Assembly: GCA_048887225.1 (NCBI GenBank)
Contig: JBHLJY010000001.1
Coordinates: 128,001 to 192,000, forward strand
Origin: Candidatus Hodarchaeota archaeon
GTDB lineage: Archaea; Asgardarchaeota; Lokiarchaeia; Sigyniarchaeales; SOKP01
Length of the DNA stretch: 64,000 nucleotides
Direction: 5' to 3'
Shown here piece after piece: positions 19,289 through 28,556 of the stretch. The translations under genes were made by a program, and so were the position numbers. The notes under the pieces are model-generated. The model did not search any database. It was not told the DNA's origin and saw only the letters and a list, made by a program, of their open reading frames with translations. Every line of letters begins with the position of its first letter. Position 1 is the stretch's first letter.

Positions 19289-19384
19289 CTAAATAAATTT
19301 ATATACTAATATTTTTATTGTTTTTTGATTTATAACATTCATATTTCAATAAAGTCAATACTTACAATTATAAAGGAAAGATAA

Positions 19385-20308
19385 ATGCCAAAATTCGAAT
19401 ATAACGATTATTGGTTTAATTACGTTCTTAACGCTGATCCTCATGAAATCAAAAATATTATTAAAGAAGAATACATCACTTCTGATGGCTTAAAAATCCA
19501 CATAGATATTTACGATAAAGAAGAGTCATTAAATAAAACAGTTATTTTTATCCACGGGACTTCAGTTTATAGCCGATTTTATGCCGAGTTTTTGTATAAT
19601 CTTTTTCAAAAAGGATTTCGTATCGTTGCGCCCGATATGATAGGACATGGGTTAAGTGAAGGAAAAAGAGGGCACTTTACTATGGAAAAATTCACGAACA
19701 CAATTTACGACGTAAATAATTATGTTAGAAAAAATTTTGGAGAGAGCGTTGCGGTTATGGGTTCGAGTTTGGGTGGTATCACTACTCTCTATAGTGTTGC
19801 TTATGATAAGAGGTTTAAAGCAGGAATTTGTCATAACGCAGCAATATTTAATGAGGAAGCATATAAAAAAATTCTTAAAATCGAAGGTAAACTGAAGGAT
19901 TTGGCTTCAGAAGTTCCGATGTTAGCAAAAAGTGCCCCAAAATCAAGATTAAGTGTTTTTACTTATTTAGATTTCTATAAGTTAGCGAAATCAGAAGATA
20001 TAATTAAAAGGATTGATTTGCTGATGAAAGACAAGATACTTTCTGATAAATATTCTATGACTGCTATTTATACTCAAATGAGTGCACCATTAGCAAGACA
20101 AATTGAAAAAATTGATACCCCAATAATGATAATTAACGGAGATGAAGATGTATTATTTACGGTCGATTATATGCAAGAAATTTACGATAGATTAAAGTGT
20201 AAAGATAAAAAATTGGAAATTTTAAAAGGAGCATCTCACTTAATTCTGCATGAAAACATTGAAGAAGTTATAAAACGTATTATCCCGTGGTTAAAAATAC
20301 ACCTATGA
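19385..20308 (+). CDS. Alpha/beta hydrolase (lysophospholipase/monoacylglycerol lipase-like)
   Basis: FIHG, DMIGHGLSEGKRGH, nucleophile GSSLGG, GDED, ASH. Confidence 0.9.
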   Translation: MPKFEYNDYWFNYVLNADPHEIKNIIKEEYITSDGLKIHIDIYDKEESLNKTVIFIHGTSVYSRFYAEFLYNLFQKGFRIVAPDMIGHGLSEGKRGHFTMEKFTNTIYDVNNYVRKNFGESVAVMGSSLGGITTLYSVAYDKRFKAGICHNAAIFNEEAYKKILKIEGKLKDLASEVPMLAKSAPKSRLSVFTYLDFYKLAKSEDIIKRIDLLMKDKILSDKYSMTAIYTQMSAPLARQIEKIDTPIMIINGDEDVLFTVDYMQEIYDRLKCKDKKLEILKGASHLILHENIEEVIKRIIPWLKIHL

Positions 20309-20313
20309 TTTTT

Positions 20314-21198
20314 TTATTTCATTTTAGCGATTTCTTCGTTTACTTGTCGTATGCGCTCATCAATATCTTCAATACCTAATTTTTTCGCAAATTCCTCGAG
20401 CTTATCTTCATCTTGGTCCAAAATCTTTCTCCAAATCAAACCTCCATCAACAACAAGAGCGTGTCCAGAAACAAAATTGGAATCATCACTGGCTAGCCAT
20501 AGAGCAGCTTTGGCAACATCCTCTGGGAGGCCGGCACGTTTAATTGGTTGTATGTCAGCTAAAAAAATTTTCGCTAATACACCCAATCGTTCCGCCATAT
20601 CTTGTGGCATTCCGAGCCCTCTTCCAAATATAGCAGTCGCAATTCCTCCGGGGCATATACAATTCACACGAATATCATATTCACCTAATTCTACAGCGAC
20701 TGTGCGAGTTAAATGGATGATAGCTGCCTTAGCAGCACTATAAATATGAGGAGCCATGCCTGTTCGGAGACCTGCAACACTTGCGGTGCTAATAATACAG
20801 CCTGAACCTTGTTTTTTCATCACTGGAATAGAATGTTTCATTCCGAGAAATACACTGCGAAACATAACTTCCATAGTCACATCGAACGCATCTGTGGGTA
20901 TCTCTTCAATCGGCCCTCCAGCACCTCCAAAACCTGCGTTGTTAAACATAATATCTAGGCGTCCGAATTTTTCTACAGCGAGATCGATAGCAGCCTTGAT
21001 TTCAGATTCATTGCGTACATTCATATGAAAATACATTGCATTTTGTCCTAGCTCTTCTGCGAGGGCCTTGCCTTTATCGTCTTGGATATCACCGAATATA
21101 ATATGAGCCCCCTCTTCAATAAAGAGGCGAACCGAGGCATTACCGATACCACTTGCCCCACCCGTAATTACTCCAACCTTTCCATCGAGTCTTCCCAT
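20314..21198 (-). CDS. Classical short-chain dehydrogenase/reductase
   Basis: TGGASGIG, NNAG, YSAAK, IRVNCICPG, VDGG. Confidence 0.95.
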   Translation of the reverse strand: MGRLDGKVGVITGGASGIGNASVRLFIEEGAHIIFGDIQDDKGKALAEELGQNAMYFHMNVRNESEIKAAIDLAVEKFGRLDIMFNNAGFGGAGGPIEEIPTDAFDVTMEVMFRSVFLGMKHSIPVMKKQGSGCIISTASVAGLRTGMAPHIYSAAKAAIIHLTRTVAVELGEYDIRVNCICPGGIATAIFGRGLGMPQDMAERLGVLAKIFLADIQPIKRAGLPEDVAKAALWLASDDSNFVSGHALVVDGGLIWRKILDQDEDKLEEFAKKLGIEDIDERIRQVNEEIAKMK

Positions 21199-21303
21199 TC
21201 TAACACATCCTTTTTAATATTAAATTGTCTTAATTTTTTTTATTTAAAATATTATTAGAATTTTAGAATTTTTATAGATTTAATTTTTATTAACTGATGT
21301 GGA

Positions 21304-23658
21304 TTAGAAAGAGGTTGTAGTAGTTGGTTGAAAGATTTTTTTTTTGATTAAATCTAAGATAATTTCAACATCACGCGGCTTAAACTTTTGTTCAGAGATA
21401 AGAAAAGTAGAATGGATATAATTTAAATTAAAATCTTTCATGATTTGTTTTGCTTTATCTATCATTGCTCTTTCGCCTATAGTAAGTTTGACATCTATTT
21501 TCTCCACAACTTTTAATGGGGAAACAAACGATGTGTGGAGGTGTTCTTCAATTAACTCACGTATCCCTGCAAATTGACTTTTAATCCCCTTAAAACGCTT
21601 TATTTCTTCGCCAAATCTACTTTCAATACTATACGATAAAGCTGTAACTGATCTTAACAATTCTTCTGAGGGACGTTCTTTCAAAATAAGTATTATTCTA
21701 AAATTTTTAAATTCTGACATTAAAACCTTTGATTCTTTATATTCTAACGAAATAGTCTGAGACTGATCGAAAGATTTCGTAAGTTCAATTCCAAAGGCAC
21801 GAATAGCTTCCAAAAATCCGGATATCAATGTGGCATCAATCTCTTTCCCAGCGATATATTGCTCATAAATATTTAATCCACTTTTCTTCTCTATTACCAT
21901 AATATAATTTAAATTAATTATATCTCTAATTTTATTGGTGAGATTTTCTCTACGTTCATCGCGTGTTCTCTTTAACATTTTAACACTTTTATAAGATATA
22001 ATACTTCCTGCTGAAATTATACCACCAATTAAAACAATAGCAAAAATTAACAGTGGATCAATACCTCCAGCTTTTTCTGTATCATCACCATTATCGTCTC
22101 CAATAATTAAAATGGAAACACCAGTAATCTGAAACGATTGTAATTGAACACCTGCATCAGTACTATTCGTCCAAAACACGAAGCATTTCCAGGTTCCAGA
22201 AATAGCTGCAGAAGATAACGTTAAGTTAAAATCAAATTCAGATGTTGTTGTTCTTTCTTTTGTCTCTTGGTGGATTTTAATTGATCTACTATCGATTAAA
22301 ATAAATGTATATTTACCTAATTTTGCTGGAGCCTTTACAACAAATCCTAAGTCATCACCTGCATTATAATCTGTTTTTGAAACGGTTAATGCAATTGGAA
22401 GTTCATTTGAATTAGCGGTAATTATCAATTGCCTTCCTCCGATTGTGGAATTATTACCTATAAATAATGTATTTCCATCATTTAAAATGGACGGTTCTGA
22501 TGTTACATTTATAACTCCGTCAAATACACTAACATGGAACCAATTATCGGGATAATCATAAAATAGTGAATAATTATATCCAAATCTATTAAAAGGTGGT
22601 TCAAACGTCCAAATATTATCTTGATTTTCCTTAATATAAACCGTTCCATAACATGATAATGAGTTATTTAGTTTGATATAATAACTTAAATTAAGGAGCA
22701 ATACATCAGATGTATTGTGTATAAATTGAATATTTAGACTAGAACTATTGGGAAAGTAATCTGTAAATGTTAAGGTTAAATTACCGGTTCCAAATATGAT
22801 ACCATCTTGGATAGAATAATCTGTTTCGTTTATTTCAGCCTTCAGATCAAGATTTGAGGGTTTAACAGTTCCGAGTGTTTGTGATTCTAATTTATAGAGA
22901 AACGTTTCATTGACTATTCCCGCTTCCCATCCAATTCCGTTCCATCTCCAATTTAACAAATCTGGATATTTAGGAAAAATATCATTATAATACCAAAAAA
23001 AAGTTCCAGGATCGGGTGGAGGACCCGTCATTTCTGTACAATTAAATACTAACGAATAATACCCCGGAGAAAGAATTACTGGTGTAGAAAAAGTATGATC
23101 CCACCATAGTGGATTCGCTGATGTTACATTCAAAGAAGCATTAGCGTAAAGGATATTGTTTGGTCTTTGAGTTCCTGGATTATAACCATAGATTTGAAGA
23201 TAACATTGAGCATCCGGAACTTTTGTTCTTAAAGCATATATTTTAACACCATATATTTTAGTAGAGGCCGTAAGATTAATCTGAACAGCATATGCTTTAT
23301 CAGTAAATTTTATCTGTTTTGAGGAGATTGGGATATCCTCAATTACCTTAATCCCTCTTTGGAAAAAGATATTACTTATATCAAGGTGTAGTTTTGAAAC
23401 ATTCCATGTTGACCTTCCTAAATTTATATCAAGGAAATTGATGTTTTCCTCTGTTCCATTATTTTCCGCAATTTCAACTAAAGAAAAATTTTTAGTTATG
23501 GTTAAAGCTTCATTACTATATACGACTTGAGAGTTACTTGGATTTTTTTTTTCTATTGGAAACTCTGAATTTTTTGAATTAATCCCTGAAAAAACCAGTG
23601 CACTAAATAGAAAAATTAATCCTAAAAGAAAAACAAAACCCAATCTCTTATTTGTCAT
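21304..23658 (-). CDS. Single-pass membrane protein: large extracellular domain plus cytoplasmic longin-like domain
   Basis: N-terminal signal/TM, many N-x-S/T sequons, TM LLIFAIVLIGGIISAGSIISY, cytoplasmic IMVIEKKSGLNIY...IDATLISGFLEAIRAFG. Confidence 0.78.
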   Translation of the reverse strand: MTNKRLGFVFLLGLIFLFSALVFSGINSKNSEFPIEKKNPSNSQVVYSNEALTITKNFSLVEIAENNGTEENINFLDINLGRSTWNVSKLHLDISNIFFQRGIKVIEDIPISSKQIKFTDKAYAVQINLTASTKIYGVKIYALRTKVPDAQCYLQIYGYNPGTQRPNNILYANASLNVTSANPLWWDHTFSTPVILSPGYYSLVFNCTEMTGPPPDPGTFFWYYNDIFPKYPDLLNWRWNGIGWEAGIVNETFLYKLESQTLGTVKPSNLDLKAEINETDYSIQDGIIFGTGNLTLTFTDYFPNSSSLNIQFIHNTSDVLLLNLSYYIKLNNSLSCYGTVYIKENQDNIWTFEPPFNRFGYNYSLFYDYPDNWFHVSVFDGVINVTSEPSILNDGNTLFIGNNSTIGGRQLIITANSNELPIALTVSKTDYNAGDDLGFVVKAPAKLGKYTFILIDSRSIKIHQETKERTTTSEFDFNLTLSSAAISGTWKCFVFWTNSTDAGVQLQSFQITGVSILIIGDDNGDDTEKAGGIDPLLIFAIVLIGGIISAGSIISYKSVKMLKRTRDERRENLTNKIRDIINLNYIMVIEKKSGLNIYEQYIAGKEIDATLISGFLEAIRAFGIELTKSFDQSQTISLEYKESKVLMSEFKNFRIILILKERPSEELLRSVTALSYSIESRFGEEIKRFKGIKSQFAGIRELIEEHLHTSFVSPLKVVEKIDVKLTIGERAMIDKAKQIMKDFNLNYIHSTFLISEQKFKPRDVEIILDLIKKKIFQPTTTTSF

Positions 23659-23910
23659 TTTTTTAATAATTTTTTAGGAATTTAACAATAATGATAATCA
23701 TTTAGACTCAGATCAAAATTAATTAGTTTAATTATTTAAATTTTTATCGTTGGGAATCAAATTTAGTATTTGATTTAATGGTTTTTTATTAGAAAAACTT
23801 GAAATCGTAATCATCATAATTGAACATAAATTATACCCATATCAAAACTAAATAAAACCAATTATTTAAGCTTTGATTCTATCATTTAAAAAATAAAAAA
23901 AAATAATGTA

Positions 23911-24495
23911 TTAACTCTTAAGTTTTTGGAGCAAGAAAGCAAAATTTTTTCCTAAATTTTTAAAAGTTTCTAGTCCTTCTTCGTCTTTCTTGATGTCTTC
24001 TGGATCCCTTACATTAGGATTCACCCCTAAATTCCAATAGCTAGAACCAACAACAAACATTTGATTAATTAAGAAAAAATAATTTAAACTCGAGAACACA
24101 TGAGTTGCTCCTGCTCGCCTCACAGCAACTACTGCTGCGCCGACTTTATGTTTAAGAAGGTCCCCATTAACTTTACTTACAAGACCAGCTCTTTCAATTA
24201 AAGCTTTCATTCTAGTAGAAGTATCTGCAAAGTATGTAGGAGAGCCTAATATTATTCCATCTGCTTCAAGCATCTTTTCAATATATTCATTCATTTTATC
24301 AGTTTTGACTGCACATCTCTTATCTTGATTTTGTTTACATCGATAACAAGAGATACATCCTTGGAGTTTATCCATACCAATCCAATTATAATCCACTTCA
24401 ACTCCAGCAGCCTTCAATTCGTCCATTACAATATTTAAACATTGATGGGTAACCCCTTCATTCCTAGGACTTCCATTAAACAAAGCAACTTTCAT
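23911..24495 (-). CDS. Iron-sulfur flavoprotein (Isf; flavodoxin family)
   Basis: NGSPRNEG.T, CISCYRC.....C, LGSPTYF, RRAG. Confidence 0.92.
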   Translation of the reverse strand: MKVALFNGSPRNEGVTHQCLNIVMDELKAAGVEVDYNWIGMDKLQGCISCYRCKQNQDKRCAVKTDKMNEYIEKMLEADGIILGSPTYFADTSTRMKALIERAGLVSKVNGDLLKHKVGAAVVAVRRAGATHVFSSLNYFFLINQMFVVGSSYWNLGVNPNVRDPEDIKKDEEGLETFKNLGKNFAFLLQKLKS

Positions 24496-24829
24496 ATCTA
24501 AAATGATCTCATCAGTATTTAATTTTTAATTTATAAAAACAATTTTATTGTTAATAAGCTTTTTTTTATATAATAAAGATTATAATTGAGAAGATCAATT
24601 AATAATTAGTGGAAAAGGTTCATACCGTACTGAAAACATAAAAAAAATAATATTTAACGGAGAAAAAGTTAAATCAGTAATTAGAGAAATAAACGACAAT
24701 CCTATTAAAATTAATTTATCCTTAAAAAAGGAGTGTTCTTCGAACGAAAAAATATGTATCATTTCCAAAACCTAACTCTAATCATTTTAATTAAGAATGT
24801 TTTAATTAGGGTATAATTTAAGATCCAAA

Positions 24830-25501
24830 ATGAGTTTTAAAGAAAAAAGAAAAAAATTAGTGGAAAGCCTAATTAAAAGGAAAATTTTAATTTCACAAAA
24901 AGTAATTAACGCAATGCTTAAAGTCCCAAGAGACAAATTTTTACCAGAAAAAGCGAAATCATCAGCATATTTGGATACACCATTATCAATTGGTTTAGGA
25001 CAAACAATAAGCGCTCCTCATATGAACGCTATGATGTGCGAATATCTTGAGCTTAAAGAAGGTGATAAAGTTTTAGAAATTGGAACAGGTTCGGGGTATC
25101 ACGCTGCTTTATGTGCTGAGTTAGTTGCGCCAAAGAATTCTAAGAATCCTGGTCACGTTTATACTATTGAAAGACATAAAGAATTAGCAGAAAGAGCGAA
25201 TAAATGTATAAAAGAAAATGGTTATGATAGCTCTGTTACAGTTATTCATGGCGATGGTACCTTAGGATACGAGGAGTCAGCACCTTACGATAAAATTTTA
25301 GTTACTGCTGCATCTCCAGAGAAGCTCCCTCCACCTTTCAAAAAACAACTAAAAGATGGGGGTATTCTTTGTATTCCTGCTGGTTCTAAATCATTTGGGC
25401 AAAATTTATACGTAATTACAAGAAATGGGAAAGAATTTAAAAGTAAAAAAATTACAGGGGTTCGCTTTGTCCCTCTTATTGGAGAATTTGGATTCAATTA
25501 A
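24830..25501 (+). CDS. pcm: Protein-L-isoaspartate O-methyltransferase
   Basis: VPRDKF, AYLDTPL.IG.GQTISAPHM, VLEIGTGSGY, GDG..G....APYD.I.VTA, VRFVPL. Confidence 0.96.
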   Translation: MSFKEKRKKLVESLIKRKILISQKVINAMLKVPRDKFLPEKAKSSAYLDTPLSIGLGQTISAPHMNAMMCEYLELKEGDKVLEIGTGSGYHAALCAELVAPKNSKNPGHVYTIERHKELAERANKCIKENGYDSSVTVIHGDGTLGYEESAPYDKILVTAASPEKLPPPFKKQLKDGGILCIPAGSKSFGQNLYVITRNGKEFKSKKITGVRFVPLIGEFGFN

Positions 25502-25517
25502 AGAATTAGAAAAAAGG

Positions 25518-25664
25518 TTAATTTATCAATTTTTGATTGATTTTTTTTTTCATTAATTCGGTTCTCACTTTTTTAACAAATTTACTTCTTCTGATACAAT
25601 TTATTAAGGCTTCCTCATCACCATTCCAGCAATACCATTTTTCAATATTATCGCACGCAGCCAT
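25518..25664 (-). CDS. Microprotein A (48 aa), not in the ORF track
   Basis: MAACDNIEKWYCWNGDEEALINCIRRSKFVKKVRTELMKKKINQKLIN; SD AAGGTG upstream; paralogous to 25853..25993. Confidence 0.7.
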   Translation of the reverse strand: MAACDNIEKWYCWNGDEEALINCIRRSKFVKKVRTELMKKKINQKLIN

Positions 25665-25852
25665 TATATTTCAACACCTTAATTTTTACAATCTTTCATA
25701 TTTACCCATATAAAATATAAAAAAAGACAATATGAACTTAATACTTATAATTTCTGATATTTTTCATAAAAAAAAATTACAAAAGATAAGGAATTCAATG
25801 CTTAAGATTATAAAAAGTAAAATAAAATTTTGTTAAAATAAAGAGGATTAGT

Positions 25853-25993
25853 TTAGGGAGGTGTCTTTTTATTTTTTTTTTTAAGTAGTTTTGCTCGCAC
25901 ATTACTTACGAATTCGTTTTTTTGAATGTTTTCACGGACGGATTTGTTTGAGTAAGACCAAGAATTACGTTTTTGGATTTTAATGTTTCTCAT
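25853..25993 (-). CDS. Microprotein B (46 aa), not in the ORF track
   Basis: MRNIKIQKRNSWSYSNKSVRENIQKNEFVSNVRAKLLKKKNKKTPP; shares W-x10-I-x4-FV-x2-VR-x2-L-x-KKK with microprotein A. Confidence 0.68.
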   Translation of the reverse strand: MRNIKIQKRNSWSYSNKSVRENIQKNEFVSNVRAKLLKKKNKKTPP

Positions 25994-26113
25994 AAGATCT
26001 ACATTTTTCCAATGATATTAGTACATTAATAATAAAGTTACATTTAAAGTATATAAAGATAGTTAATTCCGACAAAAAACCTATCAGACTTACAATATTG
26101 TAAAAATTAGAAT

Positions 26114-28288
26114 TTATTCAATTTTTAATTTAAGATTAATTTTAAAATTTTTATCAAGTTTAAAAAGAGGAGCTACGTTTATTCCTTGATAAATACTCTT
26201 ATATCCCATATCGGTGTACACATATGCAGATATTGGGAATTTATTAATATTTACTAAATCTGTATTACTTGAAAGCAATAGTTCAAAATTTAAATCGTAG
26301 GTCTCGTCGTAAGCTTTAAAATCTGACCCTTTATACTGAAACGGTTCCATTAAATCTTTTTCTTTTTCGTCTTTAAATTCGACTTCCACACTCTCCCACT
26401 GAAATTTTTTTGTGTCTCCATTAAAAAAAAAAGGTATGTCAGCGATAATACATATATTTTCGATAATATTTTTCAAGATTTCTTCCTTACCAGGGATCTC
26501 CTTAAATCTGCCGTCAATGGTTATTAAGATAGTATTTGCTTCGATATCTATATTTTTGGACATTTCGCAGGTTATCCTCTCATTAGAATAGGGATCTTTT
26601 ATGCTTCCAACTTTTTTAAGCTCAATAATAGCTGATGTTCCGTATTTTTCGTTTTTGGTAACTTTAAAATCACCCTCAACAAAATCTCCAAATTCATAAT
26701 AGGTGTCTTCTTGAATTTGTTTGAGAGTCACGTTCTCGTGTAAAAATCTTAAGCGTAGCATACTTCTTCTATATCTATCAATAACAATTTCTTGTGTTTT
26801 GATTTTCTCGTCTTTATGATATGCTTCATGCCATCTTGTTAAAGTATTTAACAAATTATAGGATTTTGGTTTGTAATCTAATTCAAATATTGTTCCTCCA
26901 TCAGAAGGATCAAAATACACGTTAAGAACATTTGATTCAATTAAAACGTCCATTTTACTATTTTTATTAAAATCTATAGGAGTTATTGTTATATAGGGAC
27001 TTAGAATAGGATAAATAACAGGCATTAGTTCGTCAATTATTTTTTCAGCATTTATTAAATGCGTATATACGGAAAATCGTAAGAACTGTAGATATACTCC
27101 TCCAAACAATCCATGCCAATAACAATCGTTGCATTGCGCTTTATAAATTTCGTCCCACGCCTCGTTTATTTTTACTGTAATGTTTGAATCGAAAGCTACA
27201 TTTTGCAGTTTTTTTAACTGTTCTTCAACTTGTATTAGTTTTTCTCTTACATAAAGCATTTTTTTATGCATGTTATTTGATTCTGGATATTTTACCAAAA
27301 AATACCGCCAAAAGCCTCCCGATAAAAATTGATACGCTTCCTTCCAATTTTCATCCTTTTTAATGTTTTTTCTTATTTTTTTAAATTTTTTCCTAATGTG
27401 TGTTGGTAACACCCATTCTTCCATTTTATCGTAGCTTGCTGTTGGAATGTACAATAAACTTTTCGCGGGATATTGTTGCATATATTCAGATAAGGTTATG
27501 GATTTAATCCAATCATTTTTTACTATTTGTTCAAAAAAAGCGGGAATAAAAGGTTTGTTATCATCCCCATCCCAATGCCCTTGTCCTTCTACATAGCATA
27601 TTTCGTGAGTAGATCCCCAAACACCCATTTTTTCAGCATCAGATATTAAAAGTGCAATTCGATCTCCATTATTATCAGCTGCATTTCTTAAATAATCAAT
27701 TGATAAATAGGTGGGTTTCCACGGAGTTAAATATCTTAACTCTTCGTTGATTGGAAATATCCTCAAAGTCTTTCCTTCATCTTCAGTAACATAGGTATAA
27801 AAAGTATCCTCTTCTGTTAATCCACAGGACCTAAGATGATTATCGTCAACAATAATATATTTTAATCCAACTTCGTTTAAAAAAGAAGGATAACTCGGTT
27901 CCCACACTCTTTCCGACAGCCATGCTCCTTTAACATCTAAACCAAATTCTTCTTTAATAAGAATAGAGAGCTTCTTCATTTGAGCTATTCGATCTCTATG
28001 TGGAATAATTGCAAACATAGGTTCGTAGTATCCGCCACCTATTATCTCGATTTGTTCTCTTTTAGCCATGGTTTTTAATTTATTAATGAATTCTGGTTTG
28101 TTTTTTAAAAACCATTCTAGTAAATTTCCAGAAAAATGCAGTGTTACTTTGATCTGAGGATAATTATATATATTATCAATTAAAGGACTATAAGCTTTTT
28201 TAAAACAATCTTCAAATACCCATTGAAAGTTATCGACTGGTTGGTGAAAATGAAAAACTATGGGTAGATAAATTGTTTTTTCAGCCAT
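26114..28288 (-). CDS. GH57 alpha-amylase / 4-alpha-glucanotransferase
   Basis: HFHQP, nucleophile WLSERVWE, acid/base SDAEKMG, YPESNNMHKKM, QCNDCYWHGLFGG. Confidence 0.94.
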   Translation of the reverse strand: MAEKTIYLPIVFHFHQPVDNFQWVFEDCFKKAYSPLIDNIYNYPQIKVTLHFSGNLLEWFLKNKPEFINKLKTMAKREQIEIIGGGYYEPMFAIIPHRDRIAQMKKLSILIKEEFGLDVKGAWLSERVWEPSYPSFLNEVGLKYIIVDDNHLRSCGLTEEDTFYTYVTEDEGKTLRIFPINEELRYLTPWKPTYLSIDYLRNAADNNGDRIALLISDAEKMGVWGSTHEICYVEGQGHWDGDDNKPFIPAFFEQIVKNDWIKSITLSEYMQQYPAKSLLYIPTASYDKMEEWVLPTHIRKKFKKIRKNIKKDENWKEAYQFLSGGFWRYFLVKYPESNNMHKKMLYVREKLIQVEEQLKKLQNVAFDSNITVKINEAWDEIYKAQCNDCYWHGLFGGVYLQFLRFSVYTHLINAEKIIDELMPVIYPILSPYITITPIDFNKNSKMDVLIESNVLNVYFDPSDGGTIFELDYKPKSYNLLNTLTRWHEAYHKDEKIKTQEIVIDRYRRSMLRLRFLHENVTLKQIQEDTYYEFGDFVEGDFKVTKNEKYGTSAIIELKKVGSIKDPYSNERITCEMSKNIDIEANTILITIDGRFKEIPGKEEILKNIIENICIIADIPFFFNGDTKKFQWESVEVEFKDEKEKDLMEPFQYKGSDFKAYDETYDLNFELLLSSNTDLVNINKFPISAYVYTDMGYKSIYQGINVAPLFKLDKNFKINLKLKIE

Positions 28289-28556
28289 TAGTTAGAACAC
28301 CAATTATTTGAGAATATAAACAAAAGTAAGATTTGGTAACATTTAAGATTTTAAATTATTTTTGAACTAAAACTTTTTTTCGAGATTATACATTTTCTAC
28401 TAATTTTTTTTAAGTTAATTTAATTATCTTAAAGGATTTTTCTTAATAAATTTATAAAAATAACATATTTTTTCTTATTAAAAAAGTTCTATAATGGAGA
28501 AAACCTATAATTATTTGTAAAAAATTACTAATTATTAAGAGAATAGAACCTCACGA

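Noticed and set aside
20351-21028. Antisense ORFs within the SDR gene, and similar shadow ORFs inside pckA, aor, cdhA, the V4R gene, osmC and the coiled-coil genes
   Set aside because: Fully nested opposite well-supported genes, Ser/Phe/Ile-rich mirror composition, no motifs
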